A stretch of DNA of 64,000 nt from an uncultured Candidatus Actinomarina sp. (GTDB lineage: Bacteria; Actinomycetota; Acidimicrobiia; Actinomarinales; Actinomarinaceae), in the NCBI GenBank assembly GCA_902609285.1, contig CACLRL010000002.1, positions 15,421 to 79,420 on the forward strand. Reading direction: 5' to 3'. How positions within the stretch are numbered: position 1 is the stretch's first letter; every line of letters begins with the position of its first letter. Positions 56,067-64,000 of the stretch are shown here, one piece after another. The notes beneath the pieces were generated by a model. It worked only from the letters and a program-made list of their open reading frames with translations, searched no databases and was not told the origin of the DNA. The translations under genes and the position numbers were made by a program.

Positions 56067-56315
56067 CTACATAATTTTGAAATATCTCAAAGCTTGAATA
56101 GAAAAATAAATTATTATAAAAAGTAAAAATACAGCAAAAATAATATCCCTTAGGCTTACGTCTGCAGGTAAATGAATGGCGCCATACCCTAAAGCAAGCA
56201 CACTACCAAAAGCTATTTGGATCCATTGTTTTTTTCTTTCATTTGGATCTTCTGTTTCTTTAAGTTTGTTAAGATTTTGCTTAATATATGCAGCGATAAG
56301 TTGAAAAAAATTCAT
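56067..56315 (-). CDS. Small two-TM membrane protein (82 aa)
   Basis: Two hydrophobic segments. No recognised family. Confidence 0.4.
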   Translation of the reverse strand: MNFFQLIAAYIKQNLNKLKETEDPNERKKQWIQIAFGSVLALGYGAIHLPADVSLRDIIFAVFLLFIIIYFSIQALRYFKIM

Positions 56316-56372
56316 TAATCAAATTATAAAAGTTTTTGACGAGGATTTGTTTTAAAATAAATAAAAGATTTG

Positions 56373-56445
56373 TGGCCAGAGGCAGAATCGAACTGCCGAC
56401 CCCTTGTTTTTCAGACAAGTGCTCTACCGACTGAGCTATCTGGCC
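56373..56445 (-). tRNA. tRNA-Phe (anticodon GAA), 73 nt, no encoded CCA
   Basis: Hand-folded. GGCCAGA/TCTGGCC acceptor, anticodon arm CTTGT-CTGAAAA-ACAAG, T arm GGCAG-TTCGATT-CTGCC. Confidence 0.9.
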
Positions 56446-56451
56446 GTATAG

Positions 56452-56526
56452 CGGGGACGACGGGATTCGAACCCGCGACCTCCTGCGTGACAGGCAGGCG
56501 TAAACTCCAGACTTTACCACGCCCCC
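56452..56526 (-). tRNA. tRNA-Asp (anticodon GTC), 75 nt, no encoded CCA
   Basis: Hand-folded. GGGGGCG/CGTCCCC acceptor (one G-U), anticodon arm CCTGC-CTGTCAC-GCAGG, T arm GCGGG-TTCGAAT-CCCGT, discriminator G. Confidence 0.85.
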
Positions 56527-56597
56527 GTATTGATAAATAGATTATAATCTAAAAAAAAATTCTTCGTAATGAAATTTTTATCAATACAATATAACTG

Positions 56598-58031
56598 ATG
56601 AAATTAATTAACATTTCTAAATATTTTTTTAGGTTTGCCTTACTTCAAACAATCCTCACATCGTTGACTATATTTTATTTTGATAATTTTCTAATTTCTA
56701 ATCAAGAATTTAAACAGATTATTTATCAAAATCTTGTTGAGGATACTCAAAGATTTTTTCCTTTTGTAGAATTTGAACTCGTTACCGTTGATACATTTTT
56801 TGCAGTTTTAATATTTATCTTCTTAGTTATTCTTTATTCGACTAAATTTTATACATATGTAAATGAATTATCATTTTCTGTAAACAGAAATTTATTAGAT
56901 GAATACTTCCAAATTTATTTACTTTGGACAAGTTATCTTTTTATGAGTTTTTATGTATTTAGATTTGAGAATGTTTCAAGAGGGTATTTGTTTCTTTTCT
57001 CTTTTATAGTTCCATTAATTCTGCTTTTATTTCGCAATCCAGAATTTATATCTTCATTACTAGGAAGATCTGTTACCAATGAAAATTATATATCGATCAA
57101 TCTAGATGAGAATTCAAATTTCAGAAATTTAAGAATTATAACTTTTAGGAAAAATCTAGGAAATATGGAGTTAGATACTAATGATTCAAGTCTAATTATC
57201 GATAAAATTGACGAATTAAATAAAGTTGAAAAAATAAATCTAATAGTTATCAATTTAGAAGATATTACGACTTTGAAGAAAAAATTGGAAAAGTACTTAA
57301 TCGAGGTCAATAAAAAGGTTCTGTTAATTTCAAATTCAAAACCAAAATTTAATGCAAACTTTATATTTAGACAAGATATTTTAGATGGAACTTTTTTTAC
57401 ATACTTTAATAATGATATACAATATGGATCAAAATACATTATCAAAAGGTTCGTAGATATAGTACTTAGCACGATTGGGATAATTATTTTTTCGCCAATA
57501 ATGCTTATTATTGGAATTTATATTGTTGTCTTAGATGGTTTCCCATTCTTTATAAAACAAAAAAGAGTTGGTCTTCATGGTGAAATGTTTAATATGTATA
57601 AATTTAGAACTATGAAAAAAGACTCTCATAAATTGAGAAAGTCATTGAACGACTTAAATAAATCAGATGGACCATTATTTAAAATAGAAAATGACCCAAG
57701 GATTATCAAAAGTCTTGGGTTTGTAAGGGAATATAGTCTTGATGAGATTTTACAATTTTTCAACGTCTTAAAAGGAGATATGTCAATTGTTGGACCTAGA
57801 CCATTATTCGATGATGATACACAACTATTTAATACAAAATATATGAGAAGACTAAATGTCCTTCCTGGTATTACAGGATTGTTACAAATAAATGAAAGAA
57901 ATACTTCAGAATTTGAAACATGGTATAAATATGATATTGAGTACATTGAGAATTGGAGCCTGTATCTTGATTTAAAAATTATTTTAAGGACACCGATTGC
58001 AATTTTTTCAAAAAAAATAAAAGGTTTATAG
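56598..58031 (+). CDS. Initiating phosphoglycosyl transferase (bacterial sugar transferase, WbaP/EpsB-like)
   Basis: C-terminal domain has KRFVDIVLSTIGIIIFSP, MYKFRTM, GPLFKIENDPRI and LKGDMSIVGPRP. N-terminal multi-TM region. Confidence 0.85.
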   Translation: MKLINISKYFFRFALLQTILTSLTIFYFDNFLISNQEFKQIIYQNLVEDTQRFFPFVEFELVTVDTFFAVLIFIFLVILYSTKFYTYVNELSFSVNRNLLDEYFQIYLLWTSYLFMSFYVFRFENVSRGYLFLFSFIVPLILLLFRNPEFISSLLGRSVTNENYISINLDENSNFRNLRIITFRKNLGNMELDTNDSSLIIDKIDELNKVEKINLIVINLEDITTLKKKLEKYLIEVNKKVLLISNSKPKFNANFIFRQDILDGTFFTYFNNDIQYGSKYIIKRFVDIVLSTIGIIIFSPIMLIIGIYIVVLDGFPFFIKQKRVGLHGEMFNMYKFRTMKKDSHKLRKSLNDLNKSDGPLFKIENDPRIIKSLGFVREYSLDEILQFFNVLKGDMSIVGPRPLFDDDTQLFNTKYMRRLNVLPGITGLLQINERNTSEFETWYKYDIEYIENWSLYLDLKIILRTPIAIFSKKIKGL

Positions 58032-58038
58032 AGTTTTG

Positions 58039-58111
58039 TGGGTCGGGTGGGAATCGAACCCACGACCTTGAGCTTAAAAGGCTCCTGCTCTACCAATTGA
58101 GCTACCGACCC
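58039..58111 (-). tRNA. tRNA-Lys (anticodon TTT), 73 nt, no encoded CCA
   Basis: Hand-folded. GGGTCGG/CCGACCC acceptor, anticodon loop CTTTTAA, T arm GTGGG-TTCGATT-CCCAC. Confidence 0.9.
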
Positions 58112-58150
58112 TGATACATAATATTACATGATAAAAATTTAAAAACTAAT

Positions 58151-58345
58151 CTATTCTTCTTCTCCAAAAGAATTCGATAAACGCTCAATTTTTAATCTGT
58201 AATCTTCAACAACTTTTAATAATTCTTTTGATTCGTTAACGGATCTAAGTTTTGTATTTAAGTCTTTATTTAATTGATCAAGTAAATTTTTTAATCCATT
58301 CATATTTTCATTAAAATTTTTATCTAAATTGTTTAAATCGTTCAC
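58151..58345 (-). CDS. Small coiled-coil protein (64 aa), unknown function
   Basis: Heptad-like L/N/K-rich sequence with no TM. The ORF sits in an otherwise empty gap. Confidence 0.35.
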   Translation of the reverse strand: MNDLNNLDKNFNENMNGLKNLLDQLNKDLNTKLRSVNESKELLKVVEDYRLKIERLSNSFGEEE

Positions 58346-58357
58346 TTTCTAACTTTT

Positions 58358-59200
58358 CTATATTTTCGCTTTGTCATTAAATTTTAAACCTGGATTTTTT
58401 GTAAGCCTTTGTTTTGCCCATCTAGCTGGCGGTATCAACCTGAAAAACGGTGGAAGAAAAGGTCTTGTAATTTTTAAGAAAGTTAAGTTAAAAATAAGAA
58501 TTAAAGATTTTAACTTTGTAGTTTTTATTCCATATAAGTTTTTAAATTCATTGGGCAATGTATTAAATGCTGTAAAAGCAATGAAGGGCCATATAGGTTT
58601 AATATGTTTCGGAACAGGACCACCAGATATTATATCTTCAACGTCTCTTGCAACATCAGTCATAATCAAATAATTTTTCTCTTTACTTTTTTGAATTACC
58701 CAATCTCTGAGGTCGTTATGTGTCTTAGGCATTTGTTCTATATCAATTAAAACTAATTTTGCAGATAACATATTTTCTCTGTGATATTGATTTTTTTCTT
58801 CTTCCGACAGCTTTTTAACAGTTTTTTCGTAAAAATATATGGATGATATCTGTAGGCATGCATGGACCCAGAGCAATTGTTCATGATCAAGTGCGTCATA
58901 AATGTTTCCCGTTATTTCATCTTCTCCTTTTATTACTTCATGCAATCTATTAATTCTTGTAGCACTATCATCTGCTTCTTCAATTGTTCCAAAAGTTACA
59001 GAATTCTGTAAAGATAAGGTTCTAATTAATCTTTTCCATGGGTCACGCTGATAAAAAGAAGTCTGTCTTGCTCCAGCAGCAATAAGAGGATGTGCTGCGT
59101 GCATAAGTAAAGCTCTTGCCCCACCAAAAAGAACAGTAATCTCTTTATTAACCTTCCACATCATTGATTCTGGGCCAAAATATCCTGGGTCACCGGTCAT
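58358..59200 (-). CDS. MpaB-family (DUF2236) oxygenase-like protein
   Basis: GPESMMWKVNKEITVLFGGARALLMHAAHPLIAAG is the typical family N-terminus. Confidence 0.7.
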   Translation of the reverse strand: MTGDPGYFGPESMMWKVNKEITVLFGGARALLMHAAHPLIAAGARQTSFYQRDPWKRLIRTLSLQNSVTFGTIEEADDSATRINRLHEVIKGEDEITGNIYDALDHEQLLWVHACLQISSIYFYEKTVKKLSEEEKNQYHRENMLSAKLVLIDIEQMPKTHNDLRDWVIQKSKEKNYLIMTDVARDVEDIISGGPVPKHIKPIWPFIAFTAFNTLPNEFKNLYGIKTTKLKSLILIFNLTFLKITRPFLPPFFRLIPPARWAKQRLTKNPGLKFNDKAKI

Positions 59201-59274
59201 AAGTAAATTTTATCAATATCACACTCTATAAAAAATATTTTTCATTAATAAAAAATTTATAGTAGCTTTGAATT

Positions 59275-60381
59275 ATGAAGCAAACTTTGAATTATGTAAC
59301 TTATCAGACATTTCCTGCATCAACAGCAAATAGTCTTCAATCTATTTCTAACATCAAGTATTTTATTAAAAAAGGTATAAATGTATGTCTATATTTTCCT
59401 CTTAGAGAAAAAACGAGTTCTAGTGATTTAAAGGTTTTGCAAGAATATTATTCCTTCACTGAAAGTCTTGAGATTAAAGGTACAAGTCATTATCTTCCAC
59501 ATGGAAGGATCAAAATATTTAAAAAAACTATGTTTCATGTAAGTCATTTTCTTTGGTCGAGAAGAACAATTTCAAAATATTTTAAAAAAAACAATGAAGA
59601 AATTATCTTTACAAGATCTGATTGGATTGCATTTTTTGCTGCAAAAAAGAAATATAAGGTAATTTTTGAATGTCATCAAAAGTCTAGAATCAGAAATTTT
59701 GTCCTCAAAAAAATTGGTTTTTATGATAATGTATACATAATATTTCTAAATAAAAATTTACAAGAAAACTATAAGAATATAAGCAATTCAATTGTTCTTC
59801 ACAATGGAGTAGACATTGACTTATTTAAAGAAGACCTTCAACAAAAAAGGAATTCTATTGTTTATGCCGGTAACTTATCACGTTTTGGAGTTTCTAGGGG
59901 TTTTCCAGAGTTTTTAAAAAAATACAATGATGAAAATATTTTTCAAGAGTTCAATCTTGAAATCATAGGTGGAGATCTTGATCAAATAGAAGAATTGAAA
60001 ACTATAGTAAAAGATTTGAATATTGAAAAATATGTAATTTTTCATGGAAGGAAAAATAGAAGTGAGACAATTAATATAATAAGAATGTGTAAGATAGGTT
60101 TGCTTTTAAATAATGCAAATAATACTCATTCTTATCAACATACATCTCCTTTAAAATATTTTGAATATATTTATGCAAAACTGTCTGTAATAGCACTGGA
60201 CTTTCCTTCTCATAGATCCCTTCCTTTAAATCAAAAAATTTCTTATTTTCATCTTGATAAGAATGGGAGTTTAAATGTAGCAATTAATCAGTCTAAAAAT
60301 GATGATGAATTGAGTACTGCAGAATTTAAAGATATAAGTCTAGAGACACGAATTAAAAAAATATTAGATTTTGCTTTTTAA
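59275..60381 (+). CDS. GT4-type glycosyltransferase
   Basis: TYQTFPASTANSLQ N-terminus and SPLKYFEYIYAKLSVIALDFP near the C-terminus. Confidence 0.6.
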   Translation: MKQTLNYVTYQTFPASTANSLQSISNIKYFIKKGINVCLYFPLREKTSSSDLKVLQEYYSFTESLEIKGTSHYLPHGRIKIFKKTMFHVSHFLWSRRTISKYFKKNNEEIIFTRSDWIAFFAAKKKYKVIFECHQKSRIRNFVLKKIGFYDNVYIIFLNKNLQENYKNISNSIVLHNGVDIDLFKEDLQQKRNSIVYAGNLSRFGVSRGFPEFLKKYNDENIFQEFNLEIIGGDLDQIEELKTIVKDLNIEKYVIFHGRKNRSETINIIRMCKIGLLLNNANNTHSYQHTSPLKYFEYIYAKLSVIALDFPSHRSLPLNQKISYFHLDKNGSLNVAINQSKNDDELSTAEFKDISLETRIKKILDFAF

Positions 60382-60384
60382 AAG

Positions 60385-60458
60385 CACGCCTGGAGGGATT
60401 CGAACCCCCAACCCTCTGATCCGAAGTCAGATGCTCTATCCAATTGAGCTACAGGCGC
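60385..60458 (-). tRNA. tRNA-Arg (anticodon TCG), 74 nt, no encoded CCA
   Basis: Hand-folded. GCGCCTG/CAGGCGT acceptor (G1-U72), anticodon arm TCTGA-CTTCGGA-TCAGA, T arm GGGGG-TTCGAAT-CCCTC. Confidence 0.8.
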
Positions 60459-60517
60459 TTAAATTGTTTATAAATTATATCTTTAATTAGATTTTCATTT
60501 ATATAATAGTTTCAATT

Positions 60518-61252
60518 ATGGATAGTGTTCGTATTTTAAAGACTAAGATATCACTCACAAATATTGAAGAGGTATCGGAAGTTTTAATTAACAGTAGGAA
60601 AATTTCTGTTGCTATATGCAATGCAAATACTCTCGTGAGAAGCTATAAAGATGAAATAATTTGTAATACTATTAATTCTTTTTCAATAAGATGTCCGGAT
60701 GGATTCCCAGTTGCTAAGTCATCAAGATTGCTTTACAAAAATAGACAGAAGAGGGTTGATGGATACAAATTGTTTCTGAATACAATCCAAGAAGGTATAG
60801 AAAGTAATACTTCACATTATTTTTTTGGTAATACTCAGGATATAACAAAAAAAATGATTGATGAAATAATCAAAATACACCCAAAAGTAAACATAAAGGG
60901 GTTTGCTTGTCCTCCAATGCATGAGGTAAATGAATTGTCTAAAAAGAAATATTTAGAGGATATATTAAAATTAAATCCTGACATTGTATGGGTTTCTTTA
61001 GGATTCCCCAAGCAAGAACAATTTATAGATTTAATTAATAAAAAATATGATATTAACTCAAACATGGTCGGAGTTGGTGCTGTTTTTGAATGGGTTGCTA
61101 AAACAAAAATTAAAGCCCCTGAGTTAATCGCTAATGTAGGGCTAGAGTGGCTCTTTCGCTTGGTACAGGAGCCAAAAAGATTATTTAGACGCTATTTGAT
61201 TGATAATTTTTTATTTATAATTTATTTTATAAAGCAATACTTAAGTAAATAA
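60518..61252 (+). CDS. WecG/TagA/CpsF-family (GT26) glycosyltransferase
   Basis: VSLGFPKQEQFI motif and ~240 aa size typical of N-acetylmannosaminyl-type transferases. Confidence 0.75.
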   Translation: MDSVRILKTKISLTNIEEVSEVLINSRKISVAICNANTLVRSYKDEIICNTINSFSIRCPDGFPVAKSSRLLYKNRQKRVDGYKLFLNTIQEGIESNTSHYFFGNTQDITKKMIDEIIKIHPKVNIKGFACPPMHEVNELSKKKYLEDILKLNPDIVWVSLGFPKQEQFIDLINKKYDINSNMVGVGAVFEWVAKTKIKAPELIANVGLEWLFRLVQEPKRLFRRYLIDNFLFIIYFIKQYLSK

Positions 61253-62895
61253 TGTATCAATTAAGAAAATTAATAAAAAATTTAGAAAACGAAATTCAAG
61301 AACTAGTTGGTCCAGAATCTATTTCCTTAAGAATTTCAAATAATCCAAATTTTGATTTTCAAATAAATAATTTAGTTAAATTTCAAAATCATAAGAAGAT
61401 AAAAAATATTGTGAATTCGTTTTACAAGATAATAGATAAAGAATCTTCAATTAAAAAATTTGAAATTACTGATAATTATTTTATAAATTTAGAAATTAAT
61501 ATTGAAACATTTACTCATAATTTTGACAAAGTAAGAAATAATATAAAAGTTGAAAACCCCCAAACAGTCCTTCTTGATTATGGAGGGCCAAATATCGGTA
61601 AACCACTTCATGTTGGGCATCTTAGGTCATTAAATATTGGTAGAAGCTTATATCGCATATACAAACTGGCAGGTCACAATGTTTTAAGTGATATTCATAT
61701 GGGTGATTGGGGAATGCCAATTGCCCAGATTATTAGTTACATTGATCAAAATAAAATTGATATTGATAATATTAATATAGATAGTCTAGAAAAAATTTAT
61801 CCCAAAGCTTCAAACCTCTATTTTGAAGATAATGAATTCAAAGAATTAGCTCAAGCAAACAACAAAATGCTGAATGAAAATAACTCAAAAATTATAAAAA
61901 AATGGCATAAGTTACGTGAAATCTCAATTGAATCAATTAAAAATACTCTTCAAGTGCTTAATCAACAGTTTGATTTATGGATGGGTGAAAGTAACGTTAA
62001 CCATCTTATCCCTGGAATGATTAAAAAACTAAAAGATGATGGAAAAATATCACATGATGATGGTGCATATGTTTCAAATTTTATATCTGAGCCTAAAATT
62101 TTGATAACAAAATCAGATGGTTCATACCTTTACTTAACTACCGACTTAGCAACTGTTTTAAATAGAACAAAACAAAATAAAGTAGATAAAACTCTTTACA
62201 TAGTTGATAAAAGACAAAAGTTGCATTTTGAACAGCTTTTTAAATCTATAAAGTATTTTGAGTTTAGTGATAAAGATTATCAACATATTGCATTTGGAAC
62301 AGTAAATGATTCAAATGGGAATCCGTACAAAACAAGAGAGGGGGATGCAAAAAAATTAATTGATTTGTTTAAAGAAACTTCCTTGAGAATAAAACAAATA
62401 AATAAAGATTTAGATGACGATACAAATAAATTGCTTGCAAACACTGTTCTAACTTTTAGCGATCTTAAAACAAATAGAATGACTGACTATAAATTTGATT
62501 TAGATAAATTTACCAACATAAGTGGAAAAACTGGTATCTATGTTCAATATGCCTTAGTAAGAGCAAAAAAATTATTAAACAATGCTTCTATAAACACAAA
62601 TACTCTAAATCTTAATATTCCAGATTTTGATGAAAGTGATTTAAACCTTACTAGAGAATTGATAAAATTTGAATATTTTTTTAATTTGGCATTAGAAAAT
62701 AACGAACCTCATCATTTAGCCGACTATCTTTATGAACTATCAAATTTATTTAACTCAATGTATCAAAATGAAAGTATATTAGAAAATAAAAATGAAATAG
62801 TAAAATTTAATAAATTAAAAATCACAGAATATTTTATTGCGTATTCAAGTTTACTAATGGAGTGTCTAGGTTTAGAACCAGTAGAAGAGATGTGA
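61252..62895 (+). CDS. argS: Arginine--tRNA ligase
   Basis: PNIGKPLHVGHLRS (HIGH region) and a C-terminal DALR-type anticodon-binding region. Start shares one nt with the upstream stop (TAATG). Confidence 0.9.
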   Translation: MYQLRKLIKNLENEIQELVGPESISLRISNNPNFDFQINNLVKFQNHKKIKNIVNSFYKIIDKESSIKKFEITDNYFINLEINIETFTHNFDKVRNNIKVENPQTVLLDYGGPNIGKPLHVGHLRSLNIGRSLYRIYKLAGHNVLSDIHMGDWGMPIAQIISYIDQNKIDIDNINIDSLEKIYPKASNLYFEDNEFKELAQANNKMLNENNSKIIKKWHKLREISIESIKNTLQVLNQQFDLWMGESNVNHLIPGMIKKLKDDGKISHDDGAYVSNFISEPKILITKSDGSYLYLTTDLATVLNRTKQNKVDKTLYIVDKRQKLHFEQLFKSIKYFEFSDKDYQHIAFGTVNDSNGNPYKTREGDAKKLIDLFKETSLRIKQINKDLDDDTNKLLANTVLTFSDLKTNRMTDYKFDLDKFTNISGKTGIYVQYALVRAKKLLNNASINTNTLNLNIPDFDESDLNLTRELIKFEYFFNLALENNEPHHLADYLYELSNLFNSMYQNESILENKNEIVKFNKLKITEYFIAYSSLLMECLGLEPVEEM

Positions 62896-62896
62896 C

Positions 62897-63439
62897 CTAT
62901 AAAAATAACTGTGAAGACAACACCCACAGAAAATAAGTTAAAGAATATGAGAAGTTATCTGAAAAACCAATAGTTCTTTTTAAGTTGTGTTGTAAAAATA
63001 AAATTAGTGGTATTGCAATAAAACCAGAGAAAGACACTGCTTTGCCAATATCAATAAGATCAATTAAAACTAAATTGGAAGGAGTCAAAAAAAACTGAAA
63101 AAACACTAGTGAAATCAGAGAAGTAAATATTACTAAAACTATGTTCACTATTAAATCTTTGAAAGTTAGATTATAAATTTTAAATATATTTAGAAATTCA
63201 ACAGGTATAAATAAAATAAATAAAGATAGAGAGAAAAGGATCAGGAACCAGAAAAGACCTTGTGCATTCCAAGTAATTACCGATTTTGCAACTATCCCTA
63301 GTGACTCGAGTAATAGATAATTAGAATAACCAAGTATTGTTGTGCCAATTGAAAATAAATAAAGACCAAAAATACTATATAAATATTTTTTTTGAAAACT
63401 AATTCCCGAGATTTCTTTATTTAAATTTTGATAATTCAT
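62897..63439 (-). CDS. Membrane protein (180 aa, ~5 TM), unknown function
   Basis: Hydrophobic ORF. Lies 1 nt from the argS stop. Confidence 0.45.
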   Translation of the reverse strand: MNYQNLNKEISGISFQKKYLYSIFGLYLFSIGTTILGYSNYLLLESLGIVAKSVITWNAQGLFWFLILFSLSLFILFIPVEFLNIFKIYNLTFKDLIVNIVLVIFTSLISLVFFQFFLTPSNLVLIDLIDIGKAVSFSGFIAIPLILFLQHNLKRTIGFSDNFSYSLTYFLWVLSSQLFL

Positions 63440-63483
63440 ACTGTCATATATTAATAATATTTATATTAAAATAAATCTTAATT

Positions 63484-63687
63484 ATGGAATTAATTGATAC
63501 ACCAAATCCAAATGCCAAAAAAATATTATTTGATCAAAAAAACGATGACATTTCAAAATCTTTAATGGAAGTGGTTGGTGTTGCTACAGTATTTGTGGGG
63601 CCTGGATTTCTGACTGTAACAAAAGAAGAAAATTTTGACTGGGAAGTAATAACTAAAGATATTGTTAGCATCTTTGATAAACTGTAA
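63484..63687 (+). CDS. Nfu/NifU N-terminal-domain-like small protein
   Basis: ELIDTPNPNAKKILFD...GVATVFVGPGFLTVTKEE resembles the Nfu_N scaffold domain. Confidence 0.55.
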   Translation: MELIDTPNPNAKKILFDQKNDDISKSLMEVVGVATVFVGPGFLTVTKEENFDWEVITKDIVSIFDKL

Positions 63688-63689
63688 AC

Positions 63690-64000
63690 ATGGATACATT
63701 TAACGAAGACCCTAAACCTGGACGACTGGTATTACCGCTAGTTCTTATTGGAATGATTGCCACAACATATACATTTATAAATAGAGTCACTACTAATAAT
63801 AACTTGGAGATCGAGCCTTCTGTTGAACAGGTGGTTGTTGATCCAGAAGAAGAGCCTGTATCTGAAGACACAACTACAACAACTACAACTACGTTACCTA
63901 GCGAAGTTGTTACTTACCTTGAAGAAATTTCATCAGAAAAAATTCAATCTATTGATCTTGCAACAAAGGTTTTAGAGACAAATGACAAATGGGACAATGA
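63690..64000 (+). CDS. N-terminally anchored protein with poly-Thr linker, partial (runs off the window end)
   Basis: Not in the ORF track. Own translation from ATG 63690 gives MDTFNEDPKPGRLVLPLVLIGMIATTYTFINRV...EDTTTTTTTTLPSEVV..., open to 64000. Confidence 0.55.
   Translation, partial: MDTFNEDPKPGRLVLPLVLIGMIATTYTFINRVTTNNNLEIEPSVEQVVVDPEEEPVSEDTTTTTTTTLPSEVVTYLEEISSEKIQSIDLATKVLETNDKWDN

Noticed and set aside
56281-56520. 79-aa ORF on the minus strand
   Set aside because: It is almost entirely composed of the tRNA-Phe and tRNA-Asp genes, so it is a translation artefact.
58034-58047. 11-nt identity (gttttgtgggt) between the tRNA-Lys 3' end/flank and the 11-mer pair at 6410-6420
   Set aside because: It could hint that the cassette-end words derive from tRNA-Lys att sites. 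A single 11-nt match in 64 kb on two strands is not safely beyond chance. It is mentioned only as a side note.
57626-58096. 156-aa ORF on the minus strand
   Set aside because: It begins inside tRNA-Lys and runs antisense to the well-supported sugar-transferase gene.
58151-58345. Possible exonuclease VII small subunit (XseB) assignment for the 64-aa coiled-coil ORF
   Set aside because: There is only a vague helical resemblance, no adjacent xseA and no diagnostic motif. It is left as hypothetical.
63665-63871. 68-aa ORF on the minus strand
   Set aside because: It is antisense to the better-supported partial CDS starting at 63690 (TM plus poly-Thr protein). Its Ser/Gly/Thr-rich translation is the mirror of that frame.
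1-64000. Search for integrase, transposase, IS or prophage genes
   Set aside because: No ORF shows tyrosine-recombinase (R..HxxR..Y), serine-recombinase or DDE-transposase hallmarks by eye. The absence is used as an observation. It still needs HMM confirmation.

Overview
This is an AT-rich, tightly packed bacterial window with about 60 protein-coding genes and 5 tRNA genes. Hand counts of single 60-nt lines give roughly 18-37% G+C. None of the tRNAs encodes CCA, and almost no GGAGG-type ribosome-binding sites are visible.

About 55 kb is one large cell-envelope glycan biosynthesis island. It carries nucleotide-sugar pathways: gmd/fcl, rfbA/rfbB plus a 2,3-dehydratase and aminotransferases, wecB, an N-formyltransferase and asnB. 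It also carries about 15 glycosyltransferases (GT2, GT4, GT8, GT26, exostosin-like), methyltransferases, an ABC exporter, an initiating phosphoglycosyl transferase, two Wzy/WaaL-like proteins, an OafA-type acyltransferase and at least 6 further large polytopic membrane proteins that look like GT-C enzymes. Housekeeping genes (argS, a Nfu-like gene, an AlkA-like glycosylase, an MpaB-like oxygenase and tRNA-Phe/Asp/Lys/Arg) sit at the right end.

The most unusual structure is at 6.3-13.5 kb. tRNA-Val(TAC) is followed by two further exact copies of a 61-nt segment made of its 3' half plus 18 nt of flank. These delimit two stacked cassettes. One carries a type I restriction-modification system with a fused HsdM-HsdS. 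The other carries two secreted proteins. Neither cassette contains a recombinase gene. Each cassette is bracketed by its own pair of tandem 11-mers at a conserved distance from the tRNA core, which is an attP-like architecture. I read these as integrase-less, trans-mobilised (CIME-like) cargo cassettes.

Other observations include a Cys-pair N-terminal module shared by three unrelated membrane enzymes, four GT2-plus-polytopic-protein modules, a half-size sugar 2,3-dehydratase, a perfect 3 x 24 bp coding repeat, and universal 3' overlap of convergent genes.

The gene content (TagA/WecG, MnaA/WecB, FemAB-like, MpaB-like, leaderless-looking starts) is compatible with a streamlined Gram-positive/actinobacterial-type marine lineage. 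That taxonomic guess is unverified. All protein calls rest on motif recognition by eye, and no searches were run.
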